Positions 1-9,706 are shown, numbered from the stretch's first letter. The stretch: DNA of 56,057 nucleotides from an uncultured bacterium (GCA_903821355.1 CAIJKW010000049.1:1-56057), one strand, 5' to 3'. The notes: generated by a model from the sequence alone, not told the origin. Program-made: numbers and translations.

Positions 1-3
1 ATT

Positions 4-32
4 TTGACCTCCCTGCAAAAACATGCTATATT
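4..32 (+). promoter_or_regulatory. sigma70-type promoter of nusA
   Basis: TTGACC (4-9), 17 bp spacer, TG extension, TATATT (27-32). Confidence 0.6.
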
Positions 33-50
33 AATGAGGTCTCAAGTTCT

Positions 51-79
51 GTTCGCCCAAAAGGCGGGCTAATTTTTTT
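51..79 (+). terminator. Weak intrinsic terminator/attenuator in the nusA leader
   Basis: GTTCGCC-CAAAA-GGCGGGC hairpin followed by TAATTTTTTT, between promoter and nusA start. Confidence 0.55.
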
Positions 80-196
80 CCAAAAAACTACAAAAGTGCC
101 TTTTATATGGCTACAGATATAGTTTTTATAGAAAAGAGACTAGACGGAACTCGTCGCTTAGGCGACACTTAAACAACTAAATAACAATTAAATATT

Positions 197-1462
197 ATGT
201 TTGACCTAAAAGTAATACATTCTGTGCTCGACCAACTAGAGGAAGAGCGTGGAATCCCAAGAGAAAAAATAATGGAAGCCATAGAATTGGCCCTTGCTAC
301 TGCCTATAAAAAAGAATATGGCAGAAAAGGTCAATATATCAGGGCTATTTTTGATATAAATACAGGTAAAGTGGAATTTTGTCAGGTCAAGACAGCCGTT
401 GATGGAGATACTGCCATTTTTCCAAATGAAGATGGAACCCTGCCAGAATCAGCTTATGATAGATCAGAGGATGATGAACGTGTGATTTTTAACGATGAGC
501 AACATATCTTGCTGGATATCGCCAGAAAAATTAAGAAAGACGTTCAAGTTGGTGAAGAATTAGTCTTTCCCCTTGAATCTAAGGAGGACTACGGAAGAAT
601 CGCAGCCCAAACTGCAAAGCAAGTTATTATACAAAAGATTAGAGAGGCAGAAAAAATCTCTGTACTTAATGAATTCGGCAAAAAAGAAGGAGAGATTGTC
701 TCAGGAACAGTAGAAAGAGTAGAACGTGGCACAGTATTCATAAATATGGGCCGTGCTGTTGGTCTACTTCCTTACGATGAACAAATCCCGGGAGAGCACT
801 ATAATCAAGGCGAGAGAATTAGAGCTTGTCTAATGCGTGTTGAAGAAACACCAAGAGGAATCTTCTTGAGACTTTCCCGTGCAACACCACATTTCCTAGC
901 AGAGCTATTCAAGATAGAGGTACCAGAAATAGCAGCTGGAACAGTTGAAGTTAAAGCAGTAGCAAGAGAGGCTGGCGCAAGATCTAAGATTGCCGTTCAT
1001 GCATCTGACTCACATATCGATCCAATCGGTTCAATGGTTGGACAACGTGGAGTTCGTGTTAACACCGTCATGAGTGAATTAGGAGGAGAAAAAATTGATA
1101 TAATAGAGTGGTCAGAAAACTCAGCTGAGTTTATAGAAGAAGCCCTATCTCCTGCAAAAGTTATAAATATAAAAATCAACGAGCAAGACAAAACAGCTGT
1201 CGTTGAAGTTGCAGAGGATCAGCAATCACTAGCTATCGGAAAAGGCGGACAAAATGTAAGGCTCGCTGCAAAACTAACAGGATGGAGAATTGATATTCAA
1301 GCAGTAAAGGTTGAGGATATGGAAGAAGACAAAAATACTCATGAAACCCACAAGGATCATGCTGAACATGAGCAAGAGACAATAAAGGAAGAAGATGTTG
1401 CAAAATTAATCGATGAAGGTGTACTTGTTGAAGAAGATGCAGCTCCAACTGACGAAGAATAA
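197..1462 (+). CDS. nusA: Transcription termination/antitermination factor NusA
   Basis: GRIAAQTAKQVIIQKIREAE, S1 and KH domains, AREAGARSKIAV, SLAIGKGGQNVRLAAKLTGWRIDI. Confidence 0.98.
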   Translation: MFDLKVIHSVLDQLEEERGIPREKIMEAIELALATAYKKEYGRKGQYIRAIFDINTGKVEFCQVKTAVDGDTAIFPNEDGTLPESAYDRSEDDERVIFNDEQHILLDIARKIKKDVQVGEELVFPLESKEDYGRIAAQTAKQVIIQKIREAEKISVLNEFGKKEGEIVSGTVERVERGTVFINMGRAVGLLPYDEQIPGEHYNQGERIRACLMRVEETPRGIFLRLSRATPHFLAELFKIEVPEIAAGTVEVKAVAREAGARSKIAVHASDSHIDPIGSMVGQRGVRVNTVMSELGGEKIDIIEWSENSAEFIEEALSPAKVINIKINEQDKTAVVEVAEDQQSLAIGKGGQNVRLAAKLTGWRIDIQAVKVEDMEEDKNTHETHKDHAEHEQETIKEEDVAKLIDEGVLVEEDAAPTDEE

Positions 1463-1564
1463 ACTTCGCCAAATCCAAATACAGACAGACGCCACAAATA
1501 AAACGCGAGACAAAACAAAATATACAGACAATCAAACTAATTATCGAACATAAATTAAATAAAT

Positions 1565-2614
1565 ATGGCTTTCACAATAACAAACAAACAAAAACTTCCA
1601 AATTCAGAATTTGAAATTGAAGGAGAGATTAAGGCGGAGACCGTTGCAGAGTTTAGAGCAAAAGCCCTTCAAGATTTCAGTAATGAAATAAAAATTGACG
1701 GTTTCAGACCAGGACACATTCCTGAGAAACAAATCGTTGATAAGATTGGCGAGCTAACAATCACAGAAGAAGCAGGACGTCTTGCGCTTGAACATCATTA
1801 CGGAGAAATAATTCAATCTCTTGACCTTAAAGCTGTCGGCTCCCCCGCTGTGACAATTACAAAAGTTGCCCCAGGTGAGGCTTTTGGATTTAAAATCAAA
1901 ACTGCACTGATGCCAGAAGTCAAAATTGGAAACTACAAAAAAACTGCGAGCAAGATAATGGCAGAAAAAGTAGAGGTAAAGGTAACAGATAAAGAAGTTG
2001 ATGATTCCATTGAGGAGCTTAGAAAACAAGTTGCTCACGATGAACATCACGCTAAAAATCCCGATGACCATGGACATGATCACGGAGAACTTGAACTTCC
2101 TGAAGTAAATGAAGATTTTATAAAAAAGTTTGGCGATATAAAAACAGTTGAGGAATTCAAAGAAAAAGTTAAGGAAGGAATAACAGCTGATAAAACTCGT
2201 AAAGAAAAAGAAAAGAAGAGGCTTACAATCATGGATGAAATCATAAAAGATTCAGAGATTGAAATGCCGGGGATGCTTGTAACTTCAGAGCTTGAGAAAA
2301 TGGTAGCCGAGATGTCATCAAACATTTCTCAAATGGGACTATCTATTGAAGATTATTTGAAGCATATTGGAAAAACTCTTGAAGATATCAAGAAAGAATG
2401 GACACCGGATGCAGAAAAAAGAGCAAAGACACAGTTGCTACTTAATAAGATTGCGATCGATGAAAAGATTGAGGTCTCAGAAGACGCAATCAAGAAAGAA
2501 GTTGATGCCCTACTTAACTATTACAAAGATGCAGATCGTGTTAGAGCAACAATTTATGTTGAGACAGTGATGCTAAACGAGGCGGTGTGGAAATGGTTGG
2601 AGGAGCAGAAGTAA
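1565..2614 (+). CDS. tig: Trigger factor lacking the FKBP PPIase domain
   Basis: Ribosome-binding signature IDGFRPGHIP; only 349 aa; a His-rich linker joins N and C domains. Confidence 0.92.
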   Translation: MAFTITNKQKLPNSEFEIEGEIKAETVAEFRAKALQDFSNEIKIDGFRPGHIPEKQIVDKIGELTITEEAGRLALEHHYGEIIQSLDLKAVGSPAVTITKVAPGEAFGFKIKTALMPEVKIGNYKKTASKIMAEKVEVKVTDKEVDDSIEELRKQVAHDEHHAKNPDDHGHDHGELELPEVNEDFIKKFGDIKTVEEFKEKVKEGITADKTRKEKEKKRLTIMDEIIKDSEIEMPGMLVTSELEKMVAEMSSNISQMGLSIEDYLKHIGKTLEDIKKEWTPDAEKRAKTQLLLNKIAIDEKIEVSEDAIKKEVDALLNYYKDADRVRATIYVETVMLNEAVWKWLEEQK

Positions 2615-2640
2615 ACTTTGTAAAGATTGAATCATAATAT

Positions 2641-2670
2641 AAAAGCACCCGAAATAAATCGGGTGTTTTT
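2641..2670. terminator. Bidirectional intrinsic terminator
   Basis: AAAAGCACCCGA-AATAAA-TCGGGTGTTTTT between convergent tig and TrmB genes. Confidence 0.8.
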
Positions 2671-2673
2671 ATA

Positions 2674-3420
2674 TTAGTTCCTCTCCTTAGAAACTGCCCA
2701 CAGAGCTTCAAACAAACCTCGCATTGTATTTGCAAATTCTTGATTCTCCACAACAAAACCAAAATTTTCATCGGCAGTGGATATAATTGAAACCTTGTTA
2801 TCATAAATAAAAATAGTTTCAGCAGTGTGAATAAAATCAGGAGCAAGTCTCAAATCACGCATAATATTTGTTTGATATATATCTTCCATCACCTCCGTGC
2901 TTTTCATTCTTATACTTCTTGCTATTATGTCTTTCTTTACTCTTTGCACCAGCCATTCGTCAATAAAATCCTTACCAACCATGTCGATAACGTCCGCTCC
3001 AGATCCAATAAATAAATATTCCTTGTTTTTAACCTTCAAAACATCGTCAAATATACCCCTAATTGCCTTTTGACCTGAAAAATATAGGAGAGTTGGCCCA
3101 TCTGTCTTTGGTTTATAAAGTTTTAGCAGATCTACTGAAACTTTTTTAGCAGTAACCATCTGAGTTTCAATTTGTTTGACCAAAACTTCCGGCGATTCTG
3201 CCTTATATTTAATTTTCTTTGCATTCGGTATCACAGAGACCAAGCCCTTCTCTGACAATTCATCCAAAACCAAATAACATGTTGGCCTTTTAATGTTTGA
3301 CGAATGAGCAAGGCTAGCAACAGAAAATGTCCCAAACTCTAGGGCCTTAATATATACAACGGCCTGTCTTTCTGTTAGACCAAGTGAAATCAACTTATTC
3401 TTATACTCAATAGTGTCCAT
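2674..3420 (-). CDS. TrmB-family transcriptional regulator (cassette 1)
   Basis: N-terminal wHTH LGLTERQAVVYIKAL...IKRPTCYLVLDELSEKGLV, YKAESPE linker, C-terminal IYDNKVSII...FEALW typical of TrmB. Confidence 0.88.
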   Translation of the reverse strand: MDTIEYKNKLISLGLTERQAVVYIKALEFGTFSVASLAHSSNIKRPTCYLVLDELSEKGLVSVIPNAKKIKYKAESPEVLVKQIETQMVTAKKVSVDLLKLYKPKTDGPTLLYFSGQKAIRGIFDDVLKVKNKEYLFIGSGADVIDMVGKDFIDEWLVQRVKKDIIARSIRMKSTEVMEDIYQTNIMRDLRLAPDFIHTAETIFIYDNKVSIISTADENFGFVVENQEFANTMRGLFEALWAVSKERN

Positions 3421-3428
3421 TACCTTTA

Positions 3429-3562
3429 ATGATATAGCTCTTACCCCATTTTGTCAAAATCTGTGACAACATTTCATGAATCCTAATATATGGCTAAATA
3501 TAGTAACTATATCTATATTTGTGTCACCCTTCTTTGACAATATATAGCATTTGTTTTATTAT
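3429..3562. promoter_or_regulatory. Back-to-back sigma70 promoters with TGTCA-N7/8-TGACA palindromes over the -35 boxes
   Basis: Plus: TTGACA 3534-3539, 17 bp, TATTAT 3557-3562. Minus: TTGACA 3457-3452, 17 bp, TATCAT 3434-3429. Palindromes at 3452-3468 and 3522-3539. Confidence 0.65.
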
Positions 3563-3568
3563 ATAACC

Positions 3569-4669
3569 ATGATAAATATAAACATAAAAAACAAAAACAG
3601 AAATATATTGGTAATAATCTTAGTCTTAGCCGTGATTATAGTTGGATCAATCATGAGCTCAAACAAAAATGGTAAGTTAGCTATTGGTGCAGTACTCCCC
3701 CTTACCGGACCAGCACAGTTTTTTGGTGAAGAAATGAAGAAGGGTATGGATCTAGCCAATCAAGGCTTTAATGTTAATTTAGTTTATGAGGATAGCCGAT
3801 CGGACACAAACTCTGGGATTTCTGCATATCAAAAGCTAAAATCACAAAACAATCTAGGCGCAGTTATATTGTCTCTAAGTTCAGTAGCAAATGCAGTTGT
3901 TCCTATCGCAGAGAAGGATAATGTTTTATCAATGCAAACATTAGTATCAGCTAGAAAAGTGAAGGGTGATATGTCTATTAGATATTTTACATCAGCAGAA
4001 CAAGAAGCGCCCATCATGGCAAACTTTGCTGTAAACTCTCTCAGACTAAAGAATATCGCAATTCTAAGCAGTAATGATGAATACGGAAAAACATATGCGG
4101 AAGTATTCAAAAATACTGTAGAGAGTGCTGGTGGAAAAGTTGTGGATGTAGAGGAGTTTGATAAAAAAGATCAAGATTTCAAAACTCAAATCACTAAAAT
4201 CAAAAGTTCTGGTGCAGACAGTGTCTATGTTATTGGACTAGACAATCAGCTTGTTAGTATTTTTAAACAAATGCACGATATGAATCTAATGCAAACAAAA
4301 ATGACAAACTGGGTACTATCTTCTCCAAGTGTTCAAGAAAAAGTTGGCGTTAACGGTGAAGGAGTTTATATGACAACACCGGAATATTATTTGTCTGGAA
4401 ACCAAAAGGTTCAAGATTTCACAAACGCTTATGTTAAAAGATACAATTCTAAGCCAAGTGCATATTCTGCAATAGGTTATGATCTTACTGGTATCTTTAG
4501 CCAAGCAGTTAAGGGTGCTAAGAATTCAAAGGAGGTGCTAACTAACCTAAAAAACATAAGGGATTACGATGGGCTAATGGGAAAACTGAATGTCAGCGAT
4601 AAAGGAGAAATTACCTTTCCGCTTTTCCCTGCAAAAATTGAGAATGAAAAAATGGTGTTGGTTAAATAA
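3569..4669 (+). CDS. Membrane-anchored LivJ/LivK-like substrate-binding protein (cassette 1)
   Basis: N-terminal TM; IGAVLPLTG, YEDS, NDEYG, DFKTQITKIK, YSAIGYD motifs; ATG 3569 preferred over TTG 3551 from promoter spacing. Confidence 0.9.
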   Translation: MININIKNKNRNILVIILVLAVIIVGSIMSSNKNGKLAIGAVLPLTGPAQFFGEEMKKGMDLANQGFNVNLVYEDSRSDTNSGISAYQKLKSQNNLGAVILSLSSVANAVVPIAEKDNVLSMQTLVSARKVKGDMSIRYFTSAEQEAPIMANFAVNSLRLKNIAILSSNDEYGKTYAEVFKNTVESAGGKVVDVEEFDKKDQDFKTQITKIKSSGADSVYVIGLDNQLVSIFKQMHDMNLMQTKMTNWVLSSPSVQEKVGVNGEGVYMTTPEYYLSGNQKVQDFTNAYVKRYNSKPSAYSAIGYDLTGIFSQAVKGAKNSKEVLTNLKNIRDYDGLMGKLNVSDKGEITFPLFPAKIENEKMVLVK

Positions 4670-4690
4670 TATTTCTAAGGCAACAAGAAT

Positions 4691-4727
4691 ACAAAAACTC
4701 GCACATAATTCTGTTGCGAGTTTTTGT
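4691..4727. terminator. Bidirectional intrinsic terminator
   Basis: ACAAAAACTCGCA...TGCGAGTTTTTGT between two convergent binding-protein genes. Confidence 0.8.
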
Positions 4728-4754
4728 TAATATATATTTACGATTTTATATTTC

Positions 4755-5879
4755 TTATTTTACCTGCATAACCTTCCAAGTACTATCTTTAACATCACCT
4801 TTCTTATCAAAGCTATATACTCCCGCATAACCATGATACGGTGCAACGTCAGACTTAAGATAATCTTTAAGGTCCATATTACCTTTATTTTGCAAAGCAG
4901 AAACCAGAAGCATTAAACTATCATATCCTCTATCTGCATACGCTCCAGGATATTCATTGTATCTAGCTTTGTATGCTTCGTTGAAAGATTCTGAATCTTT
5001 AGGACTAATCACAAAAATATTATCTTCATTCTTTATTTTTACGACTCCCTTTTTCTGAAGACCTAGAGGAATTTCTGTAGCCATAAGAATTTGAAAGTTT
5101 GCTTTTAATTCTTGTTTCTTTGTAATTAGAACTGTTGTCGCTTGATCAAAACCTGTGTAAAGAATTCCATCGACACCAGCGTCTTTTGCTTTTAGAATAA
5201 TTGATTTTATTCCGCCACCATCTACTGAGTTTTCCGTGTAAGTAAACCTTTCGACAAAGACAAGCTCCGCTCCAGAATTTTTAATAGCTTTTTCAAACGG
5301 AGCGATGTGACTTTCTGACCACCCACTATTCTCCACAACAATCGCTATTTTTTTCAACCCTCTTTCCTTAATCCAATCTGTTGCGTATTTTTCTTTAGCT
5401 TCGTTTTTGGGAGCGCCAAAGAAAAAGTAATCTGAGTTTGCAGTTACGAACTCACTCGTGTTTGCAGGGCTCATTGATACGATTTTATTTTTCTCAACAA
5501 CGGGTCCGGCTGCATCAGCCAAGAAGCTCCATGTAGGACCAATGATTGCTTGAGGGTGATTGAAGTCTACCATTTTCTGAATTGCAGTGATGGTGTTTTT
5601 GGGATTAGTTTGATCATCTTCATAGACAACCTTAACTTTCACACCCTTCTTTGCTAATTCTTCTTTAGCAAACTCAATACCACTTTTAATGTTGTTTCCA
5701 TCAATTGACGCCATTCCAGTTTCTGATAACACGGCACCAATAACTATCTCTTGATTATCAGCTTTAAAGTTACCAAGATTTTTACCAGAGGCCAATTCAC
5801 TTTTAAAAACAGTCCAACCTAGTATCGCTAATATCACAATCACTATCACAGATATAACTATATTCTTTTTGTTTTTCAT
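4755..5879 (-). CDS. Membrane-anchored Liv-type substrate-binding protein (cassette 2)
   Basis: N-terminal TM; IGAVLSETG, YEDDQTNP, IIGPTWS, YADRGYDS motifs. Confidence 0.9.
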   Translation of the reverse strand: MKNKKNIVISVIVIVILAILGWTVFKSELASGKNLGNFKADNQEIVIGAVLSETGMASIDGNNIKSGIEFAKEELAKKGVKVKVVYEDDQTNPKNTITAIQKMVDFNHPQAIIGPTWSFLADAAGPVVEKNKIVSMSPANTSEFVTANSDYFFFGAPKNEAKEKYATDWIKERGLKKIAIVVENSGWSESHIAPFEKAIKNSGAELVFVERFTYTENSVDGGGIKSIILKAKDAGVDGILYTGFDQATTVLITKKQELKANFQILMATEIPLGLQKKGVVKIKNEDNIFVISPKDSESFNEAYKARYNEYPGAYADRGYDSLMLLVSALQNKGNMDLKDYLKSDVAPYHGYAGVYSFDKKGDVKDSTWKVMQVK

Positions 5880-5998
5880 TTTTATTGAATTTAATTTGTA
5901 ACAGAATATATTATTTCAGATTTGTCAACTATTACAATGGTTTATTGACAAAGTTATATATATAAAATAGTATATAAATGAAAGCTTAAATCAAACAT

Positions 5999-6763
5999 AT
6001 GTCAATAAATCTTGATAGAAACATACCAACAAAACTCTTAAATGACTTCCAAAAGCTTGGTTTTAGCGATAAAACAGCCCGAGTTTACTACTCCCTTTTA
6101 AAACTTGGCTCTGTTGGCGCCTCCAAGATAGTTAAAGAAACAGGCCTGCACAATCAGTTTGTCTATAATTCGCTCAAAGAATTGGAAGAAAAGAACATGG
6201 TTAGATTCAGTTTAAAGAACGGCAGAAAGCAATTTGAAGCACAAAATCCTTCTCTTTTGGTGTTAGAAGCTGAAAAACAAAAGGTTATCGCGGAAAACCT
6301 ATCGCAAAACCTATCTAGTTTAATTGATTATGTTGATGAACAGACGTTTGATGTTATAAAAGGAACAGAATCCTTTGTGGCATCAGAATTCAAAGCTCTA
6401 CAAGAAGCTCCAAATGGATCAGAATTCTTGGTTATAGGAGGTATTGGAGATCAATATGCTGAAACAATGGGTAACCTTCTAAACGAGTATGAATATCAGA
6501 GAAACAAAAAGGGTATTAGTGTCAGATACTTAGGATCATTAGGGCAAGAAGAACATATTAAAGAAAAATATGACCCTAGATCAAATTTTAAATCCAGACT
6601 ACTCGATGGCCGATTTGAAAATGAAGTTAATATGAGTATTTTTCCAAATGAGGTGGTATTTAACCTATTTGGAACACCACATGTACGATTTGCTATTAAA
6701 AGCCCTAAAATGGTAGAAAGTTATAGAAAGTTTTTTGAGGTTTTGTGGAGTATGGGGAAATAG
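5999..6763 (+). CDS. TrmB-family transcriptional regulator (cassette 2)
   Basis: LGFSDKTARVYYSLLKLG...VYNSLKELEEKNMV, FEAQNP, C-terminal FFEVLW. Confidence 0.88.
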   Translation: MSINLDRNIPTKLLNDFQKLGFSDKTARVYYSLLKLGSVGASKIVKETGLHNQFVYNSLKELEEKNMVRFSLKNGRKQFEAQNPSLLVLEAEKQKVIAENLSQNLSSLIDYVDEQTFDVIKGTESFVASEFKALQEAPNGSEFLVIGGIGDQYAETMGNLLNEYEYQRNKKGISVRYLGSLGQEEHIKEKYDPRSNFKSRLLDGRFENEVNMSIFPNEVVFNLFGTPHVRFAIKSPKMVESYRKFFEVLWSMGK

Positions 6764-6766
6764 ATA

Positions 6767-7537
6767 TCAAAATTCAGCCTTGTTTTGAGCCCCAAAATCA
6801 GGCTCCAACGTATTCCAAATATACAAAAACAATCCTTCAAACATGGTTGAGACAATTTTTGAATCTATAATAATAGAGTAAACCTCGTTTTCTTTGAAAG
6901 AAAAGAAGAATACATCAGAACCAATAATAGCAAAAGAACCACCAGGCCACTTCTTTGGCATTTCACGCGTTATTCTATAAGGGTCACTCTTATAGTGTTC
7001 ATGAACACCCAAACCATTTGGTACAAGCAAAAAAGTAGTAGCGCCCGTCTTTTTATTCTTGCGCTCTCTCCAGTCAAAAAAGAACTTTGGAAACAATTCC
7101 GTCAATTGCGACTCAAAAAAAGCATAGACCAGCTTCAATCTCTCTTGAACCATGACATCCAACATGTGTTCAAATGCTATTTTTACACCCTCAACCCCAA
7201 CGAGAACCCTAGTTTTAGGGTTATCTCTTTCCAATTTGAACATACTATTCAGATCCCCAAATATTTCATTTAAGGCCAATTCCTTATTTTTCAATATCCT
7301 TTTAAGATTTTCAGGATTCTCTGCGGAGTAGTATTTAACGTTGTTTTTCTTCCAACTGGATACTAACCCTTGAGATTCAAGCTCTTCTAGAATCGCATAT
7401 ACCGTAGTTCTTGGTATTTTACTGTTTGTGGCCACCTTATAGACGGGTACATCCTGCTCTCTGAGTAAGCTGACGTATATCTTTGCTGCCTTTTCACTTA
7501 TCCCAAATTCTTCTAGTTTTTGCAATATATCTTCCAT
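6767..7537 (-). CDS. TrmB-family transcriptional regulator (cassette 3)
   Basis: FGISEKAAKIYVSLL...IPRTTVYAILEELESQGLV, YSAENPENL, C-terminal LFLYIW. Confidence 0.88.
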   Translation of the reverse strand: MEDILQKLEEFGISEKAAKIYVSLLREQDVPVYKVATNSKIPRTTVYAILEELESQGLVSSWKKNNVKYYSAENPENLKRILKNKELALNEIFGDLNSMFKLERDNPKTRVLVGVEGVKIAFEHMLDVMVQERLKLVYAFFESQLTELFPKFFFDWRERKNKKTGATTFLLVPNGLGVHEHYKSDPYRITREMPKKWPGGSFAIIGSDVFFFSFKENEVYSIIIDSKIVSTMFEGLFLYIWNTLEPDFGAQNKAEF

Positions 7538-7691
7538 ATTCTATATTGTGTCAGAAATACCGACAACAGTAAATAGTCTTTTCTATGGCTTATTTACTTA
7601 ATAAACTGGAATATATAAAATATACAATCGATTTTTATGACAAGAAATACAATGCAACATATAATAGTGTTTGTAAACTAATATATAAAAT

Positions 7692-8834
7692 ATGAAAAGA
7701 AAAAACATTTGGATACTCGTAATAGTAGCAATCGTAATCATAGCTATAATAATTAATGTTAATAAATCAGCAAAATCTGCCAATAACATTAAAATAGGGG
7801 CCACTTTAGCATTATTTGGTAACCTTTCTTATATTGGAGAATCAGAAAAGAATGGTTTAACAATGGCCATCGAGGATATAAACAAAGCTGGAGGTATAAA
7901 AGGCAAGAAGCTAGAGCTTATAACTGAGGATAATCAAGGATTAGCAAACCCCGCGGTGTCAGGTGCAAAGAAACTAATCGAGGTAAATAAGATTGATGTT
8001 TTATTCTCTTCCTTTACTCACATCACTCAAGCTGTGCAAGACACTGTAGCTACAGCAAAAATACCAATGATCTACGCTTCTGCGCTAGCTCAAATCGCAG
8101 AGAGTAATGACCTATTCTTCAGAGACTACTTTGATACAAAAGATATGGGTAAAACTATTGCAAATCAAATTGTTATAGACAATCATAAAAGAATTGCTTA
8201 TCTTGGTCAAAATAACACAGCTTGTAATGAATATCTTGGCGTAGCAAAAGAAATACTCGCAAAGAATGGGAAGTCTGTTGTTGCTGAATATATGTTTGCA
8301 CCTGAAGATAATGATTTTAAAACCAGTCTAACAAAGATCAAGACTTCAAACCCTGATGCAATATTTACCTGTTCTCATACCAAGTCGGATATCTTAATGA
8401 GACAAATGGATCAGTTGGGAATGATTAATATACAGACATACCAATTGCTTGCTCCATTTTTGCCAAGTGGCGACACAGTAGAAGTTAGAAATCTTTACGA
8501 AAAAAATAAAACAGTTTCAGGATGGTTTGGATTCGTTTATGGATCATTAACAGAGAAGCAAAAAGAATTCAAAGACAGGTACGAAAAAAGATTTGGGGTT
8601 AAGCTTGCTGCTGATGCAACCTTTGCCTATGACGATGTTATTGCGATGTCTCCCGTTATAGAAAAATGTCTAAACAATAATGGAAAGATAGATAGTGTTT
8701 GTTTCTCAGAGAATTTTAAGAAGACTAACCATGATGGAATTTCAGGTCTACTTACATTCAATGACAAGGGTGTATCTCAAAGAGACAGCTTGCTTATGCA
8801 GATTAAGGATGGTGAGTGGGTTACTGTGAAATAA
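7692..8834 (+). CDS. Membrane-anchored Liv-type substrate-binding protein (cassette 3)
   Basis: N-terminal TM; IKIGATLALFG, INKAGGIKGKKLELITEDNQG, DFKTSLTKIK, FAYDDV. Confidence 0.9.
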   Translation: MKRKNIWILVIVAIVIIAIIINVNKSAKSANNIKIGATLALFGNLSYIGESEKNGLTMAIEDINKAGGIKGKKLELITEDNQGLANPAVSGAKKLIEVNKIDVLFSSFTHITQAVQDTVATAKIPMIYASALAQIAESNDLFFRDYFDTKDMGKTIANQIVIDNHKRIAYLGQNNTACNEYLGVAKEILAKNGKSVVAEYMFAPEDNDFKTSLTKIKTSNPDAIFTCSHTKSDILMRQMDQLGMINIQTYQLLAPFLPSGDTVEVRNLYEKNKTVSGWFGFVYGSLTEKQKEFKDRYEKRFGVKLAADATFAYDDVIAMSPVIEKCLNNNGKIDSVCFSENFKKTNHDGISGLLTFNDKGVSQRDSLLMQIKDGEWVTVK

Positions 8835-8859
8835 CAGAATTTAGAAGTAACGCAAAAAC

Positions 8860-8892
8860 AAAAAAAGAGCTTTGAAATAAGGCTCTTTTTTT
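8860..8892. terminator. Bidirectional intrinsic terminator
   Basis: AAAAAAAGAGCTTT...AAGGCTCTTTTTTT between convergent genes. Confidence 0.75.
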
Positions 8893-8905
8893 ATGTTAAA
8901 ACATA

Positions 8906-9706
8906 CTATTGTAAAACAACCGCCAAAAGTGCAATCGCCGCTGTCTCCGCTCTTAAAACATTCTGATTAATCCTTACGGACTTTATTTTAGCGTCCTCAA
9001 ATAGCTTAATTTCCTTTGGAGACCAACCGCCTTCTGGACCAATCAAAAAGACTAAATCAGTATAGGAATTCTTTTTCTTTAGAATTTCACTAATATTCAA
9101 ACCATTTTGATTACAAACAAACACTCCGACCTTCTTTTTATCGATAGACTCAAGCTCTTTTAAAGCTTCACCGAGTTTTTTAACAGGGTCTATTACAGGA
9201 ATTTCACTTCTTCCACATTGTTCAGATGCTTCAACCAAAATTCTTTGAGATCGAGACATATTCAAGTCCTTTTTTATTGTTCTATCTGTAATAATTGGAA
9301 CGACTTGAGAAACACCGAGCTCGGTTGCCTTTTGTAGGACCAAATCAAAATTATCGTTCTTAATTAAGGACATTATTATAGTCACCCTAACTTTTGAGGA
9401 CTCAGTCTTATTATCTTTGCTGGCTTTGCTAGTCACGGCTTTTTTTATGGACTTATCTTCAGACGATTCCACTTTATCAGCCTTACTAGTCTCCAAAACC
9501 CGCAAAACCGCCCCAGCACTATCCATTTTTTCTATAATAGCCAGATAATCAAAGCCAGAGCCGTCAAAAAGCACCACTCTACTACCCGCAAGATATCTAA
9601 AAACCTTTTGCCACTGATTTAAAATGGAATCATAGTCAAAATATCTCAAAGTTACTTTTTCTTTTGGGTTTATCTTGTCTTTTACGAAGAATCGGTGCAG
9701 TCTCAT
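8906..9706 (-). CDS. rsmE: 16S rRNA m3U1498 methyltransferase RsmE
   Basis: MRLHRFF, QKATELGV, EASEQCGR, IGPEGGWS, LRAETAA. Confidence 0.96.
   Translation of the reverse strand: MRLHRFFVKDKINPKEKVTLRYFDYDSILNQWQKVFRYLAGSRVVLFDGSGFDYLAIIEKMDSAGAVLRVLETSKADKVESSEDKSIKKAVTSKASKDNKTESSKVRVTIIMSLIKNDNFDLVLQKATELGVSQVVPIITDRTIKKDLNMSRSQRILVEASEQCGRSEIPVIDPVKKLGEALKELESIDKKKVGVFVCNQNGLNISEILKKKNSYTDLVFLIGPEGGWSPKEIKLFEDAKIKSVRINQNVLRAETAAIALLAVVLQ

Noticed and set aside
8874-8901. TTATGTTAAA as a dif site
   Set aside because: Only the XerD-like arm matches, it is part of a terminator T tract, and the region is origin-proximal
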